From Nageia nagi (Eukaryota > Plantae > Pinophyta), in contig JBITNC010000001.1 of NCBI GenBank assembly GCA_050084985.1, positions 58,838,001-58,902,000 on the forward strand: DNA of 64,000 nt, written 5' to 3'. The first letter of the stretch is position 1. Every line of letters starts with the position of its first letter. This document shows positions 1-12,159 of this stretch, one piece after another. The translations under genes and the position numbers were made by a program. The notes beneath the pieces were generated by a model. That model saw nothing but the letters and a program-made list of their open reading frames with translations, searched no databases and was not told where the DNA came from.

Positions 1-299
1 CTATCAGATATTTTGGCATAAACTGATGGTAAATAGCTTATTGGTATTGTAGGACTTGATAGGTAATGAGTATGAAAGGCTTAAGCTTAAGATATGAATA
101 ATTTAGGCATGCTCTCTAGTATTAACAAAAAATATCTACTTGTATTTTGAAAATATAGTTATTTACACATATCAACCCCTTTCTTATGTATGAAGATCAT
201 TCACATTTCTAAGGGTTGCTTTATAAGGTATTTTTTTCAATGCAATGAGAAAAGATTAGAATATTACCTTAGAAATTATAATGTACTTATTTCAAGAAT

Positions 300-3200
300 T
301 AGGTGAGGGTTGGGTGGGTGTACCTTTGCAAGAATATCCATTTTGTGTAACTCTATCAGTAAGATTCAAACATGTATAAATAACAAGATAAGTTCAAAAC
401 ACACTAGACCTACTTTAGATATTATATTTTGATATGTATTCCACAATTGACATTATCTTCAACAAATAACCCTTTTGAACATAGGAACATTTTGATATTA
501 GATTTCTTATTCTAGAATTCTAGTGTCAGAAGATAACAATCATCCTTTCAAGAGAGAATTAAACCATCCCCTCATACTATTTAGGTCCAAAATCTTTATC
601 AAGGAAATCTTGATTTTGATTAACCCCAAACATTATAGGCTATGATAATCTTTCTTTCAAGAATACTATTCTTCTTAAATGACATATGAGTCATCTTTAT
701 TGAATGTTTTATTCAACTTCTTACATTTTAAAATAACTTCTCTTATTCTTTAGATATTGAATCTTGAACTAATCAAGTCATGATTCTATTTCCTTGAAAT
801 AGATAAAAAAACTTTAGCTGATATGTGCATTGATGTCATCAAATTTATCTTGAATGAACATGATAATATTTATCATAGTCATGTTGAAGGCTAATATATT
901 ATGAAGAATATGTGAAATCATCCCATTGAGCATGCTAAAAATGGACTGTTGATCTGAACAATGCAATTCAACTCTTTATCTTTCAACAATGTTTTGGGGG
1001 TACTAGATTCATCCCTATTATGAACCAACCATCCTTGGATGAATTAATTTTTGGTTAACTTAAATTTCAATTTTATTTATCCAATATGGTGCCTGGAAAG
1101 ACATTTTCAAATAATCTTAGGAATAATAATTAGTAAATAAACTCATGATGTGCTTGAATAATTCAATTTTTGGGAATATCAATGATAGATGTTCTTTGTA
1201 TAATTGCTCTAATTTTAGGTGGCTCTTATTTTAAAAATTCAAAACACCAAAGATTAGTATCTCATAATCTTCTTTAGATGCATCTTGCCAATAGGGAGGT
1301 GAATAAGATCTTGAGCTTTTGGTGGTCCAATTTTATATAGGTCATCCATGTATTGGATATTTAACATATTAGATCAAATCCTTTCCATATAAAAGAATAT
1401 AATCCAAATGGGATTCTATCTCTCATAGAAAAGATGATGTTACCCATTTGTTGGAGCTCTTATAATTTAGAATCATGAGGTATACTTCCTATAGATATAG
1501 ATGTAGACCCTTTAAAAGACTCATCATAGAAATAAGAGATAATCTTATTCAAATTCCATATTTTATTTTTATCAGTACAGTGCCTTATCCATCATGAAAG
1601 GTGGAAAATAAAAGAAAAAGGGATAGAAATGATAAAATAGATAAAAAGATTCAAAGTTCAAGAAAGAAAGAAAAATGATATTGCTTAGGGCCAACCTAGG
1701 CTTCTAACAATTCTATCAAAACTTGGAGGAAGGGCCCCTAGCTCATACCAATCCCTATAATGTAGTATTTATCATTCGGTTGCAAGAGAGCAGAGGAAAT
1801 AGTCATGGATATTTCATTTATCATACCATGGATAATAGGAAACATATAAACAATATAACTATTTAAGCCATATAAAGACTACATGGAGAAATGAATATAT
1901 AGGTGTTGCCATACTTAGTTTGTCTAGAAATAAATGGAAGAGTGAATCTTGGTTGATTCCCTTATGTTTTAGGAAAGCATGAGGTGTATTGGTTTATCAT
2001 ATCACTTTCCTTATATGTTCCCTTGTAATAGTTTGGCTGCATTCTGAGAGAATGTACAAAAGGTAAAGATTATTAGGCTTTGGGAATATTGTACACTTAC
2101 AAGGTTTCCAAGTTCTAAAAAATTTCTTTTGCTTTGAAGTTTGCCACACTCTAGCAAACTTCAATATCGTTGGGCTTCTAGAATTTCTCCTTCATCTAGT
2201 TGATACCATTTTGGATTCCTCTAAATTATTTCAAATTTATTAAAGCATAATGAAATTAAGAAATAATCTCCCTTATTAATACAAGTTGCAATTTCTATAA
2301 TAGTATCCTCATCAAATTCCTAAACCTATGCATCCTATTTGTTCTATTCATTTTGCATAGCTATACCATCAATATTGTTTGAGATTGTTAAGTTATCAAC
2401 AAGAGCTTCCTGATGATGAAAATCTTGCAATGGGATAGGTTGAGTAATGTTCTCACTTACATTGTGGATTATAATGTTAAGTTCTTGCTAATTTATTTGG
2501 TCTATATTTGGCATGGAAATAACTAAAGGAACTAGAATCATTTTTTCTACCTAAGGCTCAACATCTATGCTAAGATTAGCATCAAAATTGATATGAGCAT
2601 TCGTGCTAGGATCTAGAAGGCTAAATAGGAAAATACTCAACATAGGTGCAAACATGTTTACGAAGAATCCTAAATTCATATTGCTTAGTGTGGGAGTCAT
2701 ATCATTAGGAGGTATGTTCTCCTTGTACCTATTAGAATGCCATAATCACTAATAAGTTTGATGAATATTTACTTATTTTCTCTGGAACTCATGAGTTTCT
2801 TGAATAGATCATCATCACTTAATTATGCAATGATCTCTTCTTCAGTTGTAAGAGGAGGTTGTTGATTTGGTGGGGTTTTATATCTAGTATTATCTGAATG
2901 GACCTTATTAGTTACTATCATTATTGAACTATTGGAGATTTTTTCAAAACTTTCCTTATCTAAAGCATTTTACTATCATATTTAATTATATGTCCCTTTA
3001 CATCTATAAATGGTTACTTGGTATGAATTATCTCACTTCATTGTTGAACCACCTTTGGTCTAAAACATATTCTTCTTTTAGGAGTTTTTTTGGCTATAGG
3101 GTTAGTATAAATATGTGCATTTTCATTACTACTAACAAAAAATACTTTAGAAATATAATGTGTAAATAAAACCTTTAATAGCTTTGACATTGCAATAGGT
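300..3200 (-). mobile_element. Highly decayed LTR-retrotransposon internal relic (gag-like region about 1700-2460, plus an unidentified coding relic)
   Basis: Minus-strand fragments around 2150-2400 resemble retrotransposon gag (ALINLK*FRGIQNGIN*MKEKF, cf. W..MKE.F). No clean LTR was defined. Confidence 0.35.
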
Positions 3201-3267
3201 TCCAAATCACTTTTATTCTAACACTAATTAAGAGAAAGAAAAAGCTAGAAATGGATGGTCATCAATA

Positions 3268-3689
3268 TTTTGATATGTGTTTTAGTGCACCTAGGGTTTT
3301 GCCTAAATGAAGTAAATACACATAAACATTTAATTATGTATTATCTAAGCTAATTAACTCAAATAAACATACATGGATAATGGGGGAATAAGAGAATATA
3401 GCAGTGTAGTAAGAGAAATGATTTCAATATATAAATGAATGCACATATTAAATAGGTAGAATAAAGTGTAAGATAAATACTTATGTATTCTTACCCATAT
3501 CACAAAAAAAATATGTAGGATAAATTGATCAAAAAGAGGTGACCTTACTGTACGAACCCCATGGCCAATAGTTGAAAGAATCCCAACGTAGGTACTAGGC
3601 TTAAGGAACTCAGTGTAGGCATGCACTTCAGTGTGAACACTAGCATTAATGATAAACAAGATATATAAATAATGATCAATGATATTATA
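3268..3689 (-). repeat. Repeat B (LTR-like), left part, interrupted by element A1
   Basis: Reverse complement of about 52300-52740. Its terminus TTTTGATA corresponds to ...TATCAACA at 52733-52740. Confidence 0.7.
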
Positions 3690-4399
3690 TGTTATAATAA
3701 AATAATAATAATTAGGGTTATATACAAAATATTCAATTTAGCTCATCAAATGAAATAATAGCAAAGATGGCAATGATCTATTGACCTTAACCTATCAAAA
3801 TTAGATTTACAAAAGATAAAAAAATGTACTTTACCTATGATAATGATCAAAGGTGATATCCAATCAAAAGAGGATGAATGATGACATTCTACAAAGAATA
3901 GAGCCATGAATCCCACCTCCACTTAGTCATGGTGCTAAGAACCCATTGACATCACTTGATTACCGTTCTAGAATACATCATCTATTTTCTCGATGTCATT
4001 GTATTACCTTAAATGTATAGAATCTCACTCATAAATGGATTAAAGATCATAGGAATGTAGATCTTAGAGTATAAAAAAATCCATACGTGATAGGTGACAT
4101 TAAGAAACATAAATCATGAATGACACAAGTATATTGCCACCTATCAAGGATTTGGGATTATGTCATATCATTTGATATCTTTGATCATGCATAACCCCTC
4201 CACCTTTATAGGTAACAAGTCTAGTGATAAGGCTCCTCCTTAGACTTATTATGATGTTGAGTTGACCTATTACCACAAAACATAAAGGTAAATGAGAGTG
4301 CTCATTGAATAGAGCATTTATTTGATAAATTAAATAAATTATCTCAAATATCTAAAAGGATATTTTAAATAAATTAAAATTCTTTTTTAGGTGTTAATA
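3690..4399 (-). repeat. 3' LTR of A1 (LTR family A, copy 1)
   Basis: TGTTATA...TGTTAATA; similar to 10999-11723, 15203-15892 and 43313-44034. Confidence 0.9.
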
Positions 4400-4415
4400 T
4401 ATGCCCCACTTTGAA
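4400..4415 (-). promoter_or_regulatory. Polypurine tract of A1
   Basis: Minus strand TTCAAAGTGGGGCATA abuts the LTR; the same motif occurs at about 15893-15908. Confidence 0.75.
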
Positions 4416-4769
4416 TATTTTTTGATGCTTTTGGGAAAAAAGATAATCAAAGAATAAATTCAAAGTATAATAAAAAAAGTAAGAAAGTACTTGAAAAATT
4501 GTCTCATGATGATAGCTTTGGATGCTTCAATTTTTCATCTATATTATGTCCCCTCTTTGACTTGGTTGCAACATGATGGACCTCTCATCATAGGAGAAAT
4601 CCAAGGAAAAGAAAAAGGAACCTAAAAAGATATTAGGAAAGAATATTTTTGCATAATATATCTCAAATATAGACATTAAATATCATGATATGGAAAGTGT
4701 GTAAGAATGCAAACCTATCCTAGGTGACTTATCCACAAAGATTTTATAAAAATGAATAACCAATTTAAA

Positions 4770-5065
4770 CTGATAAGCATGTTTTCCCAAGTCATCATGT
4801 TTCCATGTTTTTTTGATATAGATGGCCCTACCTTATAAAGGTGCCAAATCATAAGATTGAACCTTCCTCACAAAGGCATAAAATGATAAGAATGACCAAC
4901 TTGGTTTCCCAAGCAACCATGTTTTCATTGGTTTTCTGATAAGAGTGCCCCTTCCTTACAAAGGTGTCTAATGATATGAGTAATCAGCTTGATTTTCTAA
5001 TCCACAATGATTCCATGGATTTGCTAATAAAAGTGCCCCTTTCTTACAAATTAAGCTAATGATAA
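4770..5065. repeat. Degenerate tandem repeats in the 3' UTR of A1
   Basis: Recurring units TTTCCCAAG...CATG...GCCCCTTCCTTACAAAGGTG; related units in A2 at about 16270-16390. Confidence 0.6.
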
Positions 5066-5579
5066 CCAATGATATAATAAGACTTTGATAAACATTATAT
5101 ATATTAAGAAACCATGCAAATATCTAACAATATTTAATGATAAGTAAGTTTTTACAAGAAATTTAACTGATAATATTTACATTTGATAAGCAAGTTAGGA
5201 AAGCTATGTTAGAAAAAGTATTATTTGAAATATCATAGTAATTGACAAGAAATAACATATTGACATTCATGAAATGAACATGTATCCATATTTTGTAAAT
5301 TGAAAAGAGCATTTTAAGCATATATTTGAACATGATATACCATTTAAATGAAAGGAATTTGAACAATGATATAATATATACAAATAATACATATGTTTTC
5401 CCCCATTTAAGTATAAGCATAAAATACACAAATGAAAAGATATGCAATTTAAACTTTGTAACCCAATGATAGTGCTAGAAACTTAGTGGAGAAGAAGAAG
5501 AAATTTCTAAATGTGATAATTTTTTTATTTATGCATTGCACTCATAAAGTAAAAAAATAAAGGTAATTAATAAAAATTC

Positions 5580-7250
5580 ACTAGGTAATGCAAAATTTTA
5601 TGATCATTTTATTTTAATTTTATCTAGATTAAGTCATATGAGGGGCATTATGTGCATCCCATGTGACAAATACTTCTTGAATACCTTCATGGAGCATTGG
5701 TGTAATAAAACCAACATGTTCCACTTGCTAATGGATGAGATGATCATTACCCTTGCTAGAATTCATCACATCTTACAAGTAACTATGAAGGGTACAATGA
5801 TTCAAAGGGAGACTCTATTTATAGAAGAGATGGAAGAGTAGTGCTACTGGCTTATAGGGGTACAAGCTCACTAGTAATAGAAGAAGGATGCATCCCTTTG
5901 TGATATGATGTACATATGCCCAAAGTACATAGATTTTACATGGTATTTTAGACTCCATGTGGGTGTTATCATTAATACCTTCATGTGTAGTGATAAGAAC
6001 CATGAATTATTTCACACTGGCTTCATTTCTATAATATGAGAGATATACCTTTGCAAGGAGAGATATGCACAGGCATATTTCATATTAGCCATGCTATATA
6101 TGGATATTTACAATTTTATTTCTATGAATAAGAGAGGTAGGATAGTAGCTTACTTTTTTATTCTATAGGCCTAAGCATAGGAGCACATCAATGTAACTCT
6201 TATCTACCTACCTATAATTACACAAAAAAAGATACCCCACTAGTTTTCATGGTAGATGACAAAGTAGATTGAGATGACATGGAGATTTAAGTAGTGTTAA
6301 GGTTGTTGGACTTGATAAATGAGGATAATCTAATTTGGGACCCATACTTTGACTTTCCTATATGGGAGGAGTTTGATGATGAGTTATCATGGAGCATGAC
6401 TCCATGCCATATCCAAGGTCATCGATAGGTGATTGAGTTCTATCAACCATATAAGGTATTATGATAGTTTAGGTTGACTTAGGATGTACCTATGTTGAGA
6501 GTGTGGTTGAATATAACATGATACTACAAGTATCATATGATACCACCATAGGTATTGGTTGTACCAGCATGGAGCATGGAGTAGGATGCACTAGAGGATC
6601 ATGTCCCCAAGGTACCTACCCCACATAACCAGCATACTATGAATTACTAGCAATGGTGGGACTTACTGAGGCCTGAACCATTGGCCCTTGAGAATGAGGA
6701 GGAGGGTGATTAGGAGGAGGAGGGAGAGGAGGAGGAGGGTGATGAGGAGGAGGAGGAGGAGGAGGATGGCAAGAGAGGATTCCATGGATGTTGGAGATCC
6801 TCCATCACCTACATGACCAATTAATTGATCCATTTCATCTTCATCAGGAGTTAGTGCTCCCTTGGTGGATACCTCAAGTAAAGCTAACAAGACTTTAAAG
6901 GATTTGGAAATTTACTTACTTTAGGAAAGAAAACTAGTTATGGCATTTTTGCTATGATATAGGTTTAGAGGCTCAGGTAACAATACTACATGTGCAGGTA
7001 TCAATCCTATAGGTGCATTTGAAGGCTTAGGATGACCAAATAGGAGTCCTACACATACAAATAGAGACTCTGTAGTCTCTACCTCCATCATGCATCACTA
7101 GGAGCTAAAGAGGCTCTAAGATCTAGTCATGGAGAAGGATAGCTGATTGCTATAGTTTGGATAGATACTGATTGATATTTCACCTAGTCGATCTAAATCT
7201 AGGAGTAGGAGTAGGATGGAGGATGCATCCTTTGATTAACTTTCCCATGG
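5580..7250 (+). pseudogene. Antisense extra ORF of A1 encoding a Plant Mobile Domain (aminotransferase-like PMD, MAIN/MAIL-type) with a low-complexity C-terminal tail; decayed
   Basis: Four PMD motifs in the right order: FLNTFMEHWCNKTNMFHLLMDEMIITL (cf. LVERWRPETHTFHLPxGEMTITL); RYAQAYFILAMLYMDI (cf. YxWGxAxLAxLYxxL); L*A*A*EHI (cf. LLQxWxWEH); DNLIWDPY (cf. IWxPY). Confidence 0.8.
6694..6770 (+). repeat. (GGA)n-rich low-complexity tract
   Basis: GAGGAGGAG runs are directly visible. Confidence 0.85.
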
Positions 7251-7299
7251 AGGGAATTAGTTTGTATTGATTACCTATGATTTTTTGTATTCATTTTGG

Positions 7300-7367
<68 letters not shown>
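7300..7367. repeat. (TA)n microsatellite, interrupted once
   Basis: Directly visible. Confidence 0.95.
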
Positions 7368-7371
<4 letters not shown>

Positions 7372-8039
7372 GATGTAATGGTTTGGACTTACATTTATGT
7401 GTTTGGATTTTCATTCATGAATGGTTATTTTTTACTTTATTTATAAGACAAAAAATATTATTAAAGTTATAAAATGAGACAAATTTTAATGTAAATCACA
7501 AAAACAAGCATAAAAAAGCTTTTTAATGAAAAATAATTTAATAAAATGGAAGATTTTAGCAAAGATGAATATATACAAAATTTGAAAAAATAAAAAAATG
7601 ATGTTAATAGTGATCAGAATAGAGTGGTAGTGTTGGAATCCAATGGCAGCACTTGGATAAGGAAAGAGTAGTTGAACTAAGAAAGAAAAGCAGTCCAGGG
7701 ACTAGCCTAATTGATAGAAAAAGAGGCCTAGAATTTGACGAACATAAATATGAACATAACTTACAAATTAGGTTCCCACTCATAAAATTCATTGATATTT
7801 TCCATATTAATGAAATAATTTTTAACAAGTACATACTTTTTTGAAAGGAAAAATACATATTTGGAAAAAATTGCTATTTGGGACTAGGAATAAAGCAGTA
7901 GTGCAAGATTCCAATGCCATCACTTGGATATAGAAGGAAGAGACAAGCAAGTTTGAAATACAACAATACATATTTTGATAAAATAACAAAAAATAAGCAA
8001 AAAAATAGAAAATATAAAGAAATAATTTTACATAATAGC

Positions 8040-9900
8040 CCAAACACCATTAACATCACTAACCATACTTGGAACTAATGGTTTTTGTACTTGCTATTAT
8101 GGTTATTGTTTTGGTTGAGGGATACTCACATTATCTAGTCTCCAAGTTCTTTCCATCATCATTGGGTTCTACCTTCTTGAATTATGGGAACAAATTGTTG
8201 AAAATCCTTAGCCTTTGATTTTGGGATGTACCAATCCATCCTGTATTACTTTATCCCTATACTACTACAAAACTTCACTTGAAACTTTATGGTCAAATTT
8301 AAACTTACCTTTATCATGTAAGTCTTGGATTATGTTTTTGAGAGGATAACACTCTTCTATGGCATGATCAACTCATCTATGGAAATTACAAAATATGTGT
8401 ACTTGATAGCCCAAAGGTTTAATTAGGGAGGCTCTTTCACTAACAGTTAATGGATTAGGTTCATGGTTACTAAGGCATCCAAGACATCACTAAGGTCCTC
8501 ATGGAACTCGATATACTATTTATGTGACCTCCTAGGTTCCAATCTTCTATATCATCATGGATGAATTAAGAAAACATTTTGAATTCAAGCTCATTTTGAT
8601 GGATCTTTATAGCTTTATCAAAAAAATTAGATCTTTGGATTGAAATTGGCTTACTATAGGCTAAGGGTTCATTGAGGGCTTTGTGATAGGCTTCTTTACT
8701 AATAATTTTATCTATTAACTTAGCATATAGATAATCTTGAAAATTGAAAAGTCACATCTATAAGATGGAAAAAAGGCTAGAAAAAGAACATACTTATTTT
8801 ATTTAGTAGGGATTTGGACTTGGTTAGCTACTTTGCACCACTCAACAATGAAATTGCTAACAAGTTGACCTTGCTTTTATTTAAGAGTGTACATGTCTAA
8901 GGGTGATGGCTCTTGGATTATGTTTTTGAGATGATAACACTCTTTGGTGGCATGTTTGACTCATCTATGGAAATTACAAAAGAGGTGTACTTGATATCCA
9001 AAGGTTTAATTAGGGGTCTCTTTCATTGGAAGTTAATGAACTAGGTTCATGGTTACTAAGGCATCCAAGACATCACTAATGTCCTCATGGAACTTGATAT
9101 ATTATCTACATGACCTCTTAGGTTTCCAATCTTCTATATCATCATGGATGACTCAAGCAAACATTTTGACTTCAAGCTCATTTTTATGGATCTTTCTAGC
9201 TTTATAAAAAAAATAGGTCTTTGGATTGAAGTTGGATTCCTATGGGCTAAGGTTCATTGAAAGGTTTGTGATAGGATTCTTTACTAATCATTTTATCTAT
9301 TAACTTATCATATATATAATCTTGAAAATCTTAAAATTCACATCTATAATATGGAAACAAGGCTCAGAAAAAGAACATACTTCTTTTCTTTAGTAGGGAT
9401 TTGGACTTGGTTAGCTACTTTGCACCACTCAATAATGAAAATGCTAACAAGTTGACCTTGCTTTTACTTTAGGTTATACATGTCTAAGGGAGATAGATCT
9501 TGGGTTATAAACAAGTTATTAAATCCAAAAATGCCTTAATAACATCATCAAAATATGAGATACTTTCATTAGGTAGATTAGTAAACCATAAGAATGATTC
9601 AGATTTCAAACTAAGAGGGAACAATTTAGCCAATAAATCATCATCATTTTTAAATGAAACAACTTCTAAGTAGTACCTTTTTAAATATAATATAGGATCA
9701 CAATGGTCATAAAAAATAATAAATGTTACCTATTTGTCATACCTTCTTTGGTGGATGCTATAGCAAAAGGGGTTCTTAGTTCCTCTTGCAATTGTAGATG
9801 CAAACTTGTTGATGCAAACCATTATATAATCTTTATCTTGCTTTAACTATAGCAGTTGTTAAAGTAAACATATCATGCTATAGGTTGTAATGTTCTACCT
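8040..9900 (-). pseudogene. gag: gag of A1 (decayed, with an internal duplication)
   Basis: KLFPLSLKSESFLWFTNLPNESISYFDDVIKAFL (retrotransposon gag core) and FCNFHR*VDHAIEEC (Tat/Ogre-type CxxH...H...C knuckle). Confidence 0.75.
8323..9497. repeat. Direct tandem duplication of about 588 bp within A1 gag
   Basis: 8323-8910 aligns with 8911-9497; junction microhomology TCTTGG(A/G)TTAT at 8323, 8911 and 9498. Confidence 0.9.
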
Positions 9901-10998
9901 ATATATGTGTGATTTTTCCTAGCTAAAACTACAAATAAATCAAAACAAAAAATGTTTATTTCTCTAAATTTCTTAACAAATTATTGACCATCTTTAATTT
10001 GCATTTTGGTGAAGCAACTGCAAACTTCATATTGAGATTCAAAAACTTTAATTCCTTCTTCAAGATATCAAATTCTACATTCAATCAACTAGGTCTTATT
10101 TTCATTCTAAATGCTATTGGTTTATTAGGTTCATCCATCCAAGATTCATGGATAAGTGGCCTTTAGGTTCTTCATCTTTTGAGATATCAACTAACTCTTT
10201 TTCATTAATGTTATATTTCAACTCTTCATTGTAGGAGAGAAATACTGGTTGAACAATGGAAGCCCTAAGATTTAAAGAAAATTGATATGGATTATGATAA
10301 GGTAATGGAGTGGTAGCATTGGGTCCAATGATATCATTAGGGTTTTGTGAGGTACGAAGGGTTTGGTTTAGGATTTGAGATTTAAGAACAACCTTAAGGA
10401 TAGAAAATTGTAACAAATCAACTTACAAAGGTTTAAAATACTTATGAGATTAGATACAAGGGGTTAAGATCATATCATGTTGATTCTATTGTATCATTTA
10501 CCTCTATTTGGTAAACTCAAGATTGATATCTAAGGTATATCCTAGAAGGTTTTGAATTTTGTATTAACTTCTTATAAAGTTTGAATAAGAAAAGGAAGGC
10601 AATATTTTGTAGATAACAATTTTCTATCTTGTGGAATAGAAAAGTTTTTATTAGTTCCTCAAATGCATGGATGTAAGTTTTTCATGTTCTTTTTAATAAT
10701 TTATCTTCTTTTTTAGCCGAGTGGCTACAATTTTCTAGAGCACTATCATATTCATAATTTAGGTGTAGTCTTCATACTCTTTCACTTTGTGTTTGTGGTG
10801 CATTGGCATAATTATTTTCTACCCTAATGTTTTAAGGTTGTGTAATAGAACACTTAGGGTTTTAAATATTCATAGCAATAGGTGTATCCATTTCTAAAAC
10901 ACTTGAAATATAAGACTAGTCATATATAAAAGTCTAGAGTTTTAGCATAACTAATGAAGGATATAACAATGTATCAAAAAGAAGTTGGATTCACTAAT

Positions 10999-11723
10999 TG
11001 TTATAACTAAAATAATAATAATTAGGGTTATTTACAAAATATTCAATTTAACCAATTAACTATGAAGTAAAAAAAATTGATGAAATAAAAGATGACAATG
11101 ACCTTATTGACATTGACTTATCAAAACTAGATTTATAAAAGATACAAATCTATACTTTACCTATGACTACGATTGAAGGTGATATCCAAATGAAAGAGGA
11201 TGATGATGAGCTTCTTTGAAGAATGAAGCCATGAATCCAACCTCAACCTAATTTTGGTGTTAGGAACCCAACAGTGCCCCCAATTGCCATTCCATAATAC
11301 CTCACCCTTTTCCTTGATGTTATAATCCCACCTTTGATGTATAGAATCTTGTTCATGAATGTATGAAATATCATATGAATGTAAAGCTTGAAGTATAACA
11401 AAATCTAGAAATGATAGGTAGATTTAAAAAACATCAATCAATAATGACATAAATATATTACCAACTATCAAGGATTCAAGATTATTTTATGTCATGTAAT
11501 ATCTTTGTTCATGCATAAACCCTCCATCTTTATAGGTAATAGGTCTAGTGCTAAGGCTCCTCCTTAGGATTATTGTGATACCAAGTTGACTTGTTACCAT
11601 AAAATATAAAGGTAGATGAGACTACACATTAAAAAGAGCATTTATTTAATAAATTAAATAAATTATTTCAAATATGTTAAAGGGTGTTTTAAATAAATTA
11701 AAATTCCTTTTTAAGTGTTAACA
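10999..11723 (-). repeat. 5' LTR of A1 (LTR family A, copy 2)
   Basis: TGTTATAAC...TGTTAACA, with a PBS-like sequence next to it (minus strand ATTAGTGAATCCAACT, about 10983-10998). Confidence 0.9.
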
Positions 11724-12153
11724 ATAGATATGATAACAAGTATAACCAAGCATTTAATCATGAAGGTGGATGATAGATATTGGCTCAAGTGATAATAAGA
11801 TTCTAGTCTCAATAAATGGAATTTAAAAACACCCAAGTGTAGGGTACCAGCTATTGAGATGTAATCTTGAAATGCTTTCCCCAAGTTAGAAATACTTACA
11901 TTTATATCAGACATGTTATCACTATTTATTTCCTTATATATAGGTTGAATCTGTCTAAATGTATCTAACATGAAAATAAGAACACAACCTTAGAAATATG
12001 TGATAATAAGATTAAATATGATTTAAATATGATTAAACATGTATATAAAGTTGCACCTAAGTGGGACTGTGTTAAAGGTACCACTTTTAGGTGTCAATGG
12101 TATAAACGTCTAAGAAAACACATGATGTATGATCAACAATCATCACCTCAATA
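11724..12153 (-). repeat. Repeat B, right part
   Basis: 11724-11840 is the reverse complement of about 52187-52305. The right boundary is uncertain. Confidence 0.55.
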
Positions 12154-12159
12154 ATGTAT

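Larger units (their letters stand above)
3690..11723 (-). mobile_element. Element A1: non-autonomous Tat-type Ty3/gypsy LTR element (gag plus antisense PMD ORF, no pol)
   Basis: Paired roughly 710-725 bp LTRs, a PPT next to the left LTR and a PBS-like site next to the right LTR. Degenerate TSD TTATA/ATAGA; the uninterrupted repeat-B copy reads GATAATAGA at this site. No PR/RT/RH/INT motifs were found inside. Confidence 0.8.

Noticed and set aside
6663-6890. Leu-rich minus-strand ORF as a membrane peptide
   Set aside because: It is the antisense reading of the (GGA)n tract inside the PMD ORF tail.
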